Assembly: GCF_000143415.4 (NCBI RefSeq)
Contig: NW_003314383.1
Coordinates: 257,340-321,339, forward strand
Source: Selaginella moellendorffii
Taxonomy: Eukaryota; Plantae; Lycopodiophyta
DNA length: 64,000 nucleotides
Direction: 5' to 3'
The notes under the pieces: generated by a model
Told to the model about the DNA's origin: nothing
Databases searched by the model: none
Seen by the model: only the letters and a program-made list of their open reading frames with translations
In this document: piece by piece, positions 50,146 to 64,000 of the stretch
Position numbering within the stretch: position 1 is the stretch's first letter
Layout: the number at the start of each line of letters is the position of its first letter
Made by a program: the position numbers and the translations under genes

Positions 50146-50852
50146 CGGCGACCTCAAACTCATGAGAGATCTCGAAATTGGAGACAAGGTATTGTATTGC
50201 TCTTAAGTTTCTCGAAAGCCCATCTAAACGTGCCAGATCTATAGGTTGCAGTGAGCAAAAACGTGTTCTCGGATGTCTACGCATTCGGCCACAAGGACGC
50301 CGATGTGATCTCCGAGTTCATCCAGGTCCACACCACCTCAGACATGATCGAGCTTAGCGAGGGCCACTTCATCCCAGTCGACGCTAAGGGAAAGCTTGTG
50401 TACAAGAGAGCCAAGGATCTCTAGGTTGGAGAAACTCTCTGGGGATCATCTCAAATCACTAGTAACATCATACTTCCTTTGAGACTTTGCTCTTATTTTT
50501 GACAATTATAGAACTTTCCAAGGTGGAGAAGCTGGGTCTCTACAACCCATTCACTCTCTCCGGCAACATCATGGTTAACAACGTGGAGGCTCCCTCTCAC
50601 AGCGAGTGGTTCCTGGACTCCCTCTTTGATGCCATTGGCGCAACTGAGTACCTCCCATATGCATACCACGCCATGCTCGCTCCACTTCGCGCCATCTACA
50701 ACATCGTCGGCAAGGAAATCTATGGAAAGGGTTATGCTGCCGTCAATTCTTGTGTCAACGTTGCTGAATTTGGAATGAAGCACGGAGGAAGCATCGCTCT
50801 TGCTGGTGGAATCGCTGGAGTTGCAACAGCAATGCTGGCCACGAAGGCTTGA
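50146..50852 (+). pseudogene. Hog gene copy E, pseudogene
   Basis: Same exon-1 deletion and TAG (50422-50424) as copy B. Confidence 0.9.
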
Positions 50853-51760
50853 TGAAAAACCAGAAGTAGAATAAAATGTAAATTTCATTAACATATTTTA
50901 TGCTTTTGATTATTCCCCATATATTCTCAATGGTTTATTGTTTGTTTAGTGGATATACCTAGATATTTTAGAACTTTTTACCATCTAATGGTTGTTATTC
51001 CTTTAGATTAATCTCGTGTTTATAATTTATGATTAAAGCATACTCTAGCTTATCTAGCTTTTATACCATTAGGTTAAACTTGTGGTTGTTAAAAAAGTTC
51101 TTAAACATGATGGAAAGTGTATTGTGTGGTTTATATGCTCAACTAGGAAAAACATTTTCTTGTAATACATAAATCATAATAATTTGTTATAATACAAACT
51201 AAGCAAACCCAACTTTTCTAAAATGTAATGTGTCACAATTTATTATTATTTATCTAAAAAAAAGGCTTGATGTACCACAAGTAAAATAAAATAAAATTTC
51301 AAAAAATAGAAAAAGAAAAGAAAACTTTTGATTATTCCCCTTCTTTCTTTATATCCAACTCCCAATTTTATATTCTAAATGGTTCATTTGCATCTTGGTA
51401 GTTGATATACCTAAAATATAGTTGAATATTCTAGAATAGTAATAGTAATTTAATGGCTATTATTTATTTATAATAATTTTATCATTAAATTTAAACATGG
51501 TTATAATTTATAAAATTTTCCCAAACACCTTCTAGCTCTAACTATTATACCATTAGATAAATCTTGTGTTTATCAAAAACATTCTTAAAAATAATAATTT
51601 ATTATTATTTTTCTAAAAATATTATTATAATGCTATTAAATAATAATAGTATCTTTAAATATGAATCTAAGTATATTTATATTTTAATTAATATATTAAA
51701 TTAAGTGATTAGTTTCAAAATTTACAAAATTTGTTTCATTAATTTAATGAAAATTACTTT

Positions 51761-54700
51761 TGTGAGTGTTTAGAATATGGAAAGGGAATATAAAAAATAT
51801 GCCCCAAAAACCCTAATTTATATATAGAAGCGAGTGGTTTGGATTGAAACCAATCCAATGGCTACCAAAATCCCACTATGCTAATATTAGTATATGGCAT
51901 AGTAGCCGTACACTTGGCCCTCACATCATCCCCTCCTCTTGGAATAATGGAAAACCATCAGGGTTCTCTTGTAAACTGGCCAGGATCTGGAGGAACGTCA
52001 AGAGGAGGCATCGGCAGATCTGTAAGTGGTATTAATTGTTCCTGATCCTTTTGTATGAAGTGTTTCAACCGCTGCACATGCACAATCTCTGGAGGATCGG
52101 CCTGTTGGACGTCATGCCGAACCTCATAAACTTGTGGTCTAACTTGCCGCAACACCTGATACGGTCCTTTCCACTGCGCAAGAAGCCCCTTAGATAAACC
52201 ACGTACTGTAAGATGGGGAAAACGGACTAACACCAAATCATCCACTTTGTACTCTGTAGGTGAACGATGATAAGAGTTGTAGCGCCGTTGTTGTCCCACT
52301 TATACGTAGCCTAAGTGTTCGGCAGACTCAGTTTGGACAAGTGGAAGAATGCTTGTCAAATACTGATCCCACGACCTAACATCGGCAGCTCGTGGCAATC
52401 GCGAAGGTAAACCTAGCTTTGTTGATAATATTGGATCATGACCATATAGGAGTTTATATGGTGAAGCACCAACAAAACTCTACACCCCTGTGACATATGC
52501 ATATTGAAGAGACGGCAAATAACCATCCCAATTAGAATGTTGAAAGTTCACATACTTCGCAATTGTAGCGCACGTGGTTTTTACCCTTTATCCTATGGTG
52601 ATTTACCATAGGATAACACCATGAAGCAGAACCTAAACCCTCTTTGTGCCACGTGACAGATGCCATGTGTCATATGCCACGTGTCCAAAGGACCGTGGTG
52701 TGGAACCCGAGGTTCAGGGCCTTGGGCCACTGAACGAAGGAACGGTGCCAAACTCCCAAGCATGGAGCCAAGGAGTGACGGAACCGAACCACGAAGCAAC
52801 TCCCGAGCGTACAACCCAAGGAGCAAAGGGACAGGAGCCCGGAGCGACTTGGAACAGTCCTAGAGCAACCAGCATCCCAATGCCAGGACCAGCATGCAAA
52901 TTGGAGCCAAATGAAGTTTTGCGCTATTTCGGCATACCGGTGGCCTAACGTGAGGATATAGGTACTCCACCAGCTAGCATGGAATGGAACTTGGGCTTAG
53001 ACCCAAGCCGGACGCAAAACAAGGACAGGCACGCAAGCGGGAGCTAGACTATGCCTCAGGTTGGTCGGCCATGCCCGACCTACCCACTATCTCTACTATA
53101 CATTTGGAACCCCCCACAGCCCCCCCCCTTGAGGAACACACGCTTTGGGCTTTCACCCCAAGCCTCCCTTAGTATCAGGAGTTAGTCTCTGGGACAAGCT
53201 CGAAACTTACTAAATATGGAATATCTTTAGATTGTGAATTTGGACACGGGATGAACACCGTTGTGTTCAGGCCGATCTCTACATTCCGTAGATGTGCCAA
53301 ATGAGCAAATCTGGACACTTTCCATAAATAGCATTTGGGACCGAAATGAGACTAACACAAAGGGCATGATAGCGAGGGTGTTTGGCAGACACGGTAAGCT
53401 ATCATGTAGCGATATTGAGGGACAAATCTCAATACGCGAGGGTTCTTGTCAAGCCAGTGCAAGACAGAGCAAAAGAGAACTAAAAAGCCAGGCCAAGTAT
53501 GCTTGGCTGAATAGACACTTAGGAATTCCGTCCTTATGCTTATCCGGCCAAGTACAGATGCAAAGTCCAGTTTATTAACACTTGAACAAGAGGGGCTGAT
53601 AAAGGGTCCAGCAATACCGACCTCCTGCCATCGTGGCAATAAGGTAAGAGTGTCTGTAAGGACTGGTCGACAGGTAACTTTCGATACCCGAAGTCACATG
53701 CGCGACACTCTCCCCCCCTAGGGAAGATCGACGTCCTCGTCGATGCATACTCGAGTCTAGAATACCGTCAAGGAAACAACTCCAGAAAAAGTTCACGGTA
53801 CTCACACTATGTGAGAAATGCACCAACTTAAATGAGTTAGGAGGCAACCTCTTTGTCTAACGCGGATGTGCTACCAGCTCAGACACCTTCCAGCCGTCGC
53901 TGACAAGGAAATGACCAACGGAGTCAGCCACCCTTGCTGCTCTGGGAGTCACCCAGCTTACAAAAGTGTGATATGCCCTGCCCGCAGAGACATAGAGAGA
54001 GGAACTAGAGGCCCCAACCCTCCTGAGCAAAGAAACCAAACCCGTCGGTAAGGTTTAGATAGACTACTGTAAACAGGCAGTTAGAGTTGTTTACACAGTC
54101 ACGCCCTTTCAACGGAATAAGGAACATCGACAGAGAGGCGGGTGATGTGACCAGTCGACAGTAGCTACCCCATGACTAAAGATTTCACCATGCACACGAA
54201 GTGCCGAAGCCAGTCTGCCCATTACTGGCCCAAACTCAAAGAACAATAGATGGACAATATCAAAGTTATAGACAATGATATCTTAGAGTCGGAATTATCA
54301 GTGAATAAATCTTATATTAGAACACACAAGTATTCCAAGTATGTTATCATCTGATAAACTAGTATTATAGGATAGGAACCACCAAGATCACTATCATTGG
54401 AAAACATAGGATTAACCATCCAACAAAATTCAATAGCAAGTATATCATCAAGTAAACTCAATGATAAAACTTAACTACCGAAGATGGTAGACAGGATGCC
54501 AAACAACTTACTAAAGATAACTCAAAGAACACAAAGTATCATTGACTAACAAGCACAATACTCGCGAATGTATCACCCGAAGGAAATAACATCCTAATCT
54601 ATAAGAACTAACTCGGGCAATAATCAACAGAACAAAATGAATGTTGCAAAGCAAGCAAATATAGTGTTTATGCCAATCATTGCACTAGCCAATCCAGATA

Positions 54701-57700
54701 GATCCCAGCCAATAACACCAAGGAACTCAAGTTGCCTAAGCAAGTGTCAGCAACATCCTACTGATGTCTCAATCCCAAGAGACCAAACCAGAGCAAACCA
54801 CAAATAATATGTGGTATTGCGAAAAGCCATAAGCTATCAAAGATAAGAACTAACCATAATGAAAGATCATCAAAATTATCCCATCAATAAAGAGATGCAT
54901 AATCACCATCTAAGAAGGAATCCACCATCCTGAAGAACGGCAAACCATTCTATACCAACAATAATTAAGCAAAACCTTTTTGACAAGGATAATCAACTAT
55001 CCCAGATAATAGTCAATCATCACCAATGATTGGTAGATGCAAAAGCCAACTTCAACATCGAAGCTAATAAGTCAAAATGTCTTCCCCAACAACTTCTAAC
55101 AAATGGAACAACGAGTATAAAACTCAAAGAACCAAAAGTTCGAAGAAGTCTATAGCCAAGTCTTTCCTAACAATGATCACAAGTCTCACATGAACTAACT
55201 TTAATGCTAAAGAAGAAATTATGGTGCAACCCACAACATTTTCCTCAACACATCCATAACCTAAACTTCATAATGCAAAGCTAATGAAGAGCATACCTGC
55301 ATCAATCTAAAAGCTAAGCATAACAAAGTTATGCTCGATAAGTGATCACCAAACAATCCTCCATGAATCCATCTATAACAAGACGTAACTCACTTCATAA
55401 CAAACACAAGAAGAACCATCAATGATCGATATATTCCAACTCAAATCCAATAAGGATTCAAACATTCCAATATCAATCACTAACTCTTTTGCTTGTAGAG
55501 TTAGCATCGTCCATGACTGAATCACTTTTCAAGGAAAAGCCAAAGCTCAACCTTTACTAAATAATCTCGTGTAGAACACAACTAACTCAACTTGTCACTC
55601 AGTTTATTTGAATGTCAAAATAGTTGCTAACTAGCAAATGCACCAATGCCAATAACACAAGCCATAGCCAAATTATCAACACTATCTTCATTAAGACTAA
55701 TGAAACTCGACATCAATCTTGCGGAGAGACATCTCATTTCACTGAAATCTCAATATCAACAATGTCAATGACAAGGCATCACTTCAATGCCATCAACACC
55801 AGAACAAAATGAGAAGAAAGCATGAGTGTATCACCACTCAAAACTCTCTAGCAACTAAGCTAACCAAGGTCGAAGATACTTTACTCAATATCTGAGACCA
55901 ATTCTTCAACATTACTCAGGTACGGATAACACATCATCAAGGAGTGATTCACCACGTCCAGACTCAATGAAATCCAACACCACAAACTAAATGCAACCAA
56001 ATGATATCGACAGAAGTAGAGTCGATATGCCAACATGGAAAACCCATGTAAGTCTAACGACACGATCCTCCGCAACCCCATCCGGTAAAGCAAGCCCATC
56101 ACTGCTAAATCATCATCAAGCGAAGCAAGTGTCAAAAGCCTTTGACAAAGTCTACAAGTAATCACTAGTCGCAAAGCAACTAACAATCACTCTTTCAACT
56201 TGCCTTCACAAGACCCAAACACTAAACTCACGTCATCGAGTCATACACTTGTCCAACATAAACGTGATACCTCCAGTATGAGATAAAAGTACATAGACAA
56301 GCACAAACCAAATGACCACTCAAATCCAACTCAACCACGATAAGCCCACCAAAGCATTTAGCCAATAGCTCTGAGCATGCCTTGAAGAGGCTAGCTATGC
56401 ATGATCAATACTCAGCTAATACTAAAGTGAAGACCATGAGATGGATCTATATCGGTACACAACCTCCTCATGGACAAAGCTATAGTACGGGTACCAACAT
56501 CTCAAACTCAAAGAACTAAGTTGAACATCACCATCCTCAACCAAGACACAGGGCCACCAAGACCAAGTCAAGATCAGTGAGAGCTCACTACTCTCATAGA
56601 GTCTAACGAAATGCAAAGTGCAACCTGCCACCAAGCATAACACTACAAAAGAAAGGCACAAGGGTCACCTTTCTAGAAAAGTGCAACGGCCACTTTTCTA
56701 CACTAACTCCAGACTCTATCCAACTCAATTGCAATAGCCCCAAAAGTTAGCATCCCTTTCGGGCCACATCATACAAACTACATACTAAGGTCTAAGCTAA
56801 CCGAAGTCAAATCCAACCCCTTCACTAGTTTGTATTGGCTTTCGAAAACGGAATGGTTTTTGAGCAAAGTGATAACAAATCAGCCATTAGAAAAGTCTAA
56901 GAAAATTTGTGGAAAAATATTTCCATTCTAGAGAAAGAATGACTCTCAGTCTAGGAATGCAAACTTTCAAGACTCAACCAATTTCCTCCTACCAACAACT
57001 TCACATAGGTTCACCTCAACACAAATTCTCATGACCCATAGTATGCTTAAGCCTCGAACATCTTTACCCATCTAACCGATATCTAACACCGACATCCGCA
57101 AAATGCAAAGTGAACACCCAAGGCTTGATCACGAAGACCACATCTTCGGATATCCATATTGCATTAACACTCTTCTTCAATCACCTTCAAGATTCAATGT
57201 GAAGTCAAAACACTAACAAGAAAAATGACATGAAAAATCAAAGTTTAAGGAAAATTCCTCATCACTCGAAATAACAATGCCACTTCCACTAACACCATGC
57301 TAGCAATGTCAATGCCCCAACTACACACCTTCTCCATCCAACAATCTACTCCAAGTGCTAACGGATCAACAGATGAGCTATAGCAAATGAATGTTACAAC
57401 CCATTTCTAACACCTAATAGGCAAACTCAAAGAAACAAGGTACCAAGATAAGCTTAGTATAATGGACCATCACTGAGAATCCAGTCAAAGCTACTACAAT
57501 GCTACTTCGTGCAAGTAGACTAGCTTCACTATCAAGCACTTTGGGGTTGATCATCATTTACCAAAGCAACTTCGTAAACACATTGCTCACTATCACATGG
57601 ATATGATATAAGTATCACAATAACTTGATCATCAATCAAGCAACACTATGAGCAATGCCCATGTCATTACTTCAAAGGTTTATGTGAATATCAAGTGTCA

Positions 57701-60700
57701 ACTCGATTCGACAAAATGCAACATAAATGCCACACCCCACCAATAGAGATTTACAACACCCGACAATACTAACTTTTGTTTACATCACAGACAAACTCAT
57801 GCCACTCTCTTTCTGACCAATCTCAAAACTAATCCAACACCAAGCTACACAAGGAGCAATAGCAAGGTTCCCCGGAAAAGAATTGAGCATTGCAACCCAA
57901 GTCTTCCAATAGCAAGCCTAGACAAAATGGTATAGCACTTCACCGCTATCCATCCCACAACTCACCATTGTAAGGCCACCATCTCCAACATGCATCAAGA
58001 TAGGGACTCTTGATTGCATGATGTGAACACAAGCAATGAGTTAACACCTCGTTGCAAATCATCTCTCCAAGAAGAGAAAATGATTTACGTATTTGATCCT
58101 TCGTCCCCGATGACTCTCGTTTCGGTCTCATCTTTGACCAAACCTCAAGTTTGCTTTCACACTGCCTTCAATTCAATCGAGGAAAAGTTTATGAGAGAGC
58201 ACGGCCATGACTACTTGAACCAATAGACTAATTCCTATAATCTTGATTGATCCACTTGTAACCATGCCTAGGAAGGATCTACTAGTGCCGTGCTAAACAA
58301 CTACGGGCTAGCCTATTTGCCACTCATAGCAAACCCAGGGAGGTTTGCTTTCACCCATGGTACATGGAACAACTTACGGAACCACTGGAACCAATGCGAA
58401 GTCTTTGCACCCTAACGTGTACCACTTAGATCATCGTTTTCATCTCTGCGTATGCAACGAGACTAGTTGCCCAATCTCATTGGATAATACTCGCCGAGAC
58501 TCATTCTCTGATACCAAATGTAGCGCACATGGTTTTTACCCTTTATCCTATGGTGATTTACCATAGGATAACACCACGAAGCGGAACCTAAACCCTCTTT
58601 GTGCCACGTGACAGATGCCATGTGTCATATGCCACGTGTCCAAAGGACCGTGGTGTGGAACCTGAGGTTCAGGGCCTTGGGCCACTGAACGAAGGAACGG
58701 TGCCAAACTCCCAAGCATGGAGCCAAGGAGTGACGGAACCGAACCACGAAGCAACTCCCGAGCGTACAGCCCAAGGAGCAAAGGGACAAGAGCCCGGAGT
58801 GACTTGGAACAGTCCTAGAGCAACCAGCATCCCAATGCCAGGACCAGCATGCAAAACGGAGCCAAATGAAGTTTTGCGCTATTTCGGCATACCGGTGGCC
58901 TAACGTGAGGATATGGGTACTCCACCAGCTAGCATGGAATGGAACTTGGGCTTAGACCCAAGCCAGACGCAGAACAAAGGCAGGCACGCAAGCGGGAGCT
59001 AGACTATGCCTCAGGTTGGTCAGCCATGCCCGACCTACCCACTATCCCTACTATACATTTGGAACCCCCCACAGCCCCCCCCCCTTGAGGAACACACGCT
59101 TTGGGCTTTCACCCCAAGCCTCCCTCAGTATCAGGAGTTGGTCTCTGGGACAAGCTCGAAACTTACTAAATATGGAATGTTCTTAGATTGTGAATTTGGA
59201 CACGAGACGAACACCGTTGTGTTCAGGCCGATCTCTACATTCCGTAGATGTGCCAAATGAGCAAATCTGCACACTTTCCATAAATAGCATTTGGGACCGA
59301 AATGAGACTAACACAAAGGGCATGATAGCGAGGGTGTTTGGCAGACACGGTAAGCTATCATGTAGCGATATTGAGGGACCAATCTCAATACGCGAGGGTT
59401 CTTGTCAAGCCAGTGCAAGATAGAGCAAAAGAGAACTAAAAAGCCAAGCCAAGTATGCTTGGCTGAATAGACACTTAGGAATTCCGTCCTTATGCTCATC
59501 CGGCCAAGTACAGATGCAAAGTCTAGTTTACTAACACTTGAACAAGAGGGGCTGATAAAGGGTCCAGCAATACCGACCTCCTGCCATCGTGGCAATAAGG
59601 TAAGAGTGTCTGTAAGGACTGGTCAACAGGTAACTTTCGATACCTGAAGTCACATGCGCGACAGCAATGATCCCTTTGAATGTCCGAACGAGCCGTTTCA
59701 CCAGACTGTCTAATTGTGGATGATAAGCACTCATGAAAGTGTGGCATATCCCCAACCGAGATGTCAAAACATGAAATGCCTCAACCATAAATATGGGACC
59801 ATTATCCGAAAAAATCCGCTCTAGACAAGAATGCTAGAACACCACTCGATTGAGGAGGAAGTATCCAACAGCAGCTGCAAAGGCACTAGCAAGAGCACCA
59901 ACTTCCACCTAACGAGTCAAGTAGTCAGAAGCAATAATTACATATTCATTGCCAGCAGTCGACTATGGAAAAGGTCTCATAAGATCAAACGCCACCAACT
60001 CAAACGGACAGGAAACTGCAATTGACTCTAACCATCCTTCCGCAACACGAGGGGGAGTATTATGAGCTTGGCACCAAATGCAACTACGCACATACCGGAT
60101 AATATCACGTCGCATCTTTGGCCAATAGAAAGACTTGTGCAACTTCTTGATTACATGACGATGTCCCATATGCCCACCTAGAACAGAAGAATTATGGTAG
60201 GCATGGAGAAACCGCAGAATAAAGACAGAAGGCACCACTAGCCATAAATGATCATCAGGATCCATCCCCATAAAATAAAGAAGGCCGTCGTCAAGGCGAT
60301 ATTGAGAATGTAAATGCTGGAAAGGCAAGTCATCAGCAAGTGATGCAGGATTCTCAAACCCATCTCGAAGCCTTCAAATCCACGGCTCAATCTTTTGAGC
60401 CTCACAAATCTCATCAAGAGAAGGTAGATCTTGCTCTATACCTTGTGGACATTGAACGTCAAGTATAGCAACCGCTGATAGCATAGAATCCTTGTCTAGA
60501 AAATCCATAGATGCATGAGCAACAGGCTCGTTAGAAACATGATAAGAGAGTGGAGAAGGAAGAGGAGCTCGAAAAAGGGCATCAGCATCAACCATAGAAC
60601 TCCTTGGGCAATGAATAACATTAAAATTATATATCTGAAGCTTCAAAGCCCATCGAGCAATACGACCAATCAAGTTCTTCTACTTCAATAATGAAGTAAT

Positions 60701-63700
60701 AGTAGCATGGTCACTTTCAAGTAATGTCCGAGAACCATGTAAATATACATGAAGTTTCTCGAAACCCCAGACTGTCGCTAAACACTCCTTCTCTGTCATG
60801 GAGTAGTTTATCTCTGCTAGTTGTAATGTACGGTTTATATACGCAATGGGATGGCGCTGACCAAGCACACTCGAGCTCTCTTGCATCAACACACCTCCAA
60901 CACCAATATCAAAAGCATCCACACGCAAAATAAAAGGTTGAGTGTAGTTAGGATATGCCAAAACCGAAGGAGTCGTCAATAGCTTTTTGAGATCCACAAA
61001 CGTCTGCTCACAATCCGAAAACCAGATGAAAGATGATAATAATGACTTCAGCAACCCTCGCAACGGTGCAATGCGATCAGAAAAATGATCCACAAAACAA
61101 CTGAGATACTGCACCTTGCCTAAGAAGCACTGCACATCATTCACACACTTCAGAGTAGGGAACTTTAGAACAACCACAAGTTTGTTAGGATCAACTTGCA
61201 AACCCTCACGAGAAATACGGTACGCAAGATAAGTTGTGTCTTTGGACCCAAACATGCACTTCGACCACTTCAGCTTTAAACCAACGTCGCAAAACCAATC
61301 CAACACTTTACAAACATCACGAATATGCTCCTCCCACGTCTCTTCCGAGTGGATCAAAATATCATCAATGAAGTCAATAGTCACCTCTGGCATATCGCAA
61401 AGAACCTCGTCCATTATCCATTGGAAAGTTGCTGGAACATTGTTCAAACCAAATGGCATCACCAAGAACTCGTACAAACCAAATGGGGTACGAAAAGCAG
61501 TTTTAGGATTATCTTCTTTGGCCATCAGTACTTGCCAGTACTCAGAAGCAAGATCCAGCTTGGTGAACCAATGACTTTGCCCCAGACGATCCAAGAGATC
61601 AGCAGTGTGAGGAAGAGGGTACACATTCAAGATCGTCACTTCGTTTAATGAACAATAGTCAATGTAGAAACGAATACTCCCATTAGGCTTTGTCACAAGA
61701 TAAGGTTCACATGCCCATACCTTTGCTTCCATTACTTTTGTTCCTCCACTATTTCCTCTTATGTTTTCGTCTTGTTCTGCTCTTCCTTATTCTAATCCCT
61801 CCAATAATCTTTGTGTTGCAACGGTTGACCAGCTTATGAAAGAGTATTCTAATCTCTTTGAATTTGACCTATCCTCTAGGGCCAAAATTGCCACACGTCA
61901 TCTGATTCCAACCGGGATGCTCGTCCAATCAAGGTTCCTATTCAAGGAGATCAAGATTTTACTTGCAAACGTAAAGGAGATGTTGGACAAGGGTGTTATT
62001 CGGAAGTTGCAAAGTCCTTGAAGTAGAGGGATGAAGAGGTATGGAAGTGAGAGGAATGGATAAAACATAAGAAAGTATGAGACAAGGGGAGAAGCCTCAA
62101 AGTCACACTTGGCATGATTGTGCTACAACTAATCCATACCAAGAATGAGATCAAAAGTTTGACTCAACACCACCCCCAATGATTGCAATTCAAGCTCGAG
62201 ATCGCCCATATGCACAACCAAGTCTGCCTCATCCCGTGAATATGCATGTGTACGGCTATTGCCATAAAGAATGAAAACTGGTTTTGCCGCACGACGCAAG
62301 TGTAGACGGTAACGTATGGCAACAGGTCGAGCAATAGAAGATAAACTCGAATCTATATCAACTAACACGGAGAGAATAATAGGAGACCTCTTGTTATTAA
62401 AATGAGCTTAGAAAATAAACACTGGATGAACGGGTGTCGAGTGAACCCCTTGATGATACTCCCAAAAGAAATATGGAGGGGTCACTAACTTATTCGCACA
62501 AGGTCCCTCAGTTACTCGCGCAACTCTTTATTTCCCAGATACATCTCAGTGTCCAAACCTTCCATTACAATAGCACCAACGGGACGTTGCTGACGCCAAG
62601 GTCTTCATCTAGGAAATGGAGGTCGCCAATCCAGAAAACCCCGACAACACCAATAAGTATGACTAATTTCATCACATGCCCAGCAACAAACATCACGGCC
62701 ACCGCCACGTCCTCGCCCTTATCCTTGGACTTGAGCAGCAGGAACATCAAACTCCATTGGAACAAGACTATCACTTATAGGAAGTGGAACTGAAGGACGT
62801 GCAGCAAGAAGTGGAAAAGGTGACGTCTCATAATGTTGTGCCAAACAAAGAGCATTGTCAAGGGTGGCGAGAGCAAGTGCATGCACAAGTCCGACAAGAT
62901 CTTGACGAAGTGTTGGCCACAATATTCGTAGCTTGATCTGCTCTGACATACTTGGCTTCGCATGAAGCAAAAGACTTAAAAAACGAACACTAAATTGCAT
63001 CACCGACTCAAATGGCCCTTGGCGAAGACGATGCAATTATTGGAAGGCATCATCACAGTCATCGGCATGTCCAAAGGTGCATTTGAAGATGTCCAAGAGA
63101 ACACTCCAATCCTTACGAGTGGCTGCGCTTAAACAATTGTACCATTGCAATGCCGTCCCTTGGAGACACGTGGGAAACTCACGCAAACATTAAGCATCAT
63201 CCCAAGAATGATATGTGGCAATCATCATGAAGTGATCGAACCAATGGTACACATCATCCTCAGGATTCCCACGAAAGAACTCCAGCCAAATGCGAGGATT
63301 GGCACCAAGAGCAGGAGGAGTTGTACCCTATGCTATGAACACCACCATTAACTGAGTTTGGTTGTTCAATTGCAAACACATAACATTAAGCAATTGTACC
63401 AACTGCTGCTCCAGAGTCAAAGGAGGAGATTGCTAATCTGCCATGAAGACGAATGAAAAAGAAAGAGCAAAAGAAGAGAAATGACAAAAAGCTAGAAAGA
63501 AATGGTAAATCTAGACAATGCAAAAAGCTAAATCTAAACCAAAAGAAAGAACAAAATAAAGGAGATGGAAAAAGCTAGATTTAGATAATGCAAAAACTAG
63601 ATCTAAACCAAAATCCCAAATCCAAGCACTCCTTAGGGACAATCAAAGGTGCCCTTCAACTCCACCAATGTGAGTGTTTAGAATATAGAAAGGAAATTGA

Positions 63701-63842
63701 AAAATATGCATATCAATTAGCCCAAAAGCCTAGTTTATATATAAGAGTGAGTGGTCCAGATTGAAACTAATCTGACGGCTACAAAAATCCCACTATGCTA
63801 ATATTAGTATACAGTATCATAGCTGTACACTTGGCCCTCATA
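51761..63842 (-). mobile_element. Duplicate of the family-2 Ty3/gypsy element (24735-36479)
   Basis: Collinear and near-identical including flanks; RT-RNase H ORF 60680-61732. Confidence 0.93.
52564..59663 (-). mobile_element. Duplicate of the nested family-3 LTR element (LTRs 52564-53707 and 58519-59663)
   Basis: Same insertion site and GCAAT TSD, iMet PBS complement at ~58506, PPT complement after 53707. Confidence 0.93.
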
Positions 63843-64000
63843 ATTTAATATAAAATAAAATAAATATAGTATTATGAGGTATGGCTACAGATCTAAGGCC
63901 CAAGTATATAGCTATGGATATGAAGTCTAAATGTATGGCTACAATACTTTATATTAATATTATTTATATAATATAATATTTATTACATGCTGGGATTTTG

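Larger units (their letters stand above)
44900..64000 (+). repeat. Second copy of a large tandem segmental duplication of ~17700-36640 (offset about 27.0-27.4 kb)
   Basis: Hog A=D, cassette B=E, same nested TE complex, and the window ends in sequence matching 36480-36636. Confidence 0.9.

Overview
Plant genomic window with very short (47-80 nt) spliceosomal introns, three N gaps and abundant Ty3/gypsy LTR debris; a lycophyte such as Selaginella is my inference, not something shown by the sequence. It holds (i) an intronless 774-aa kinase-less LRR receptor-like protein whose island domain resembles that of BRI1/BRL receptors (6840-9164); (ii) five copies of a head-to-head two-gene cassette, and (iii) nested and decayed LTR retrotransposons, with much of the region repeated at a period of about 27 kb. 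In the cassette, the + strand gene is a 4-exon, 238-aa secreted Hedgehog-type Hint/Hog protein whose whole N-terminal cargo after the signal peptide is predicted to be about 6 residues (TNTNNS). The - strand gene is an 8-exon, 543-aa protein I cannot assign to a family. Only the third cassette (37913-41183) has both genes intact. Three Hog copies are intact and two are pseudogenes; four of five partner copies are disrupted. Both gene models were spliced by hand and are not visible as single ORFs in the supplied track.
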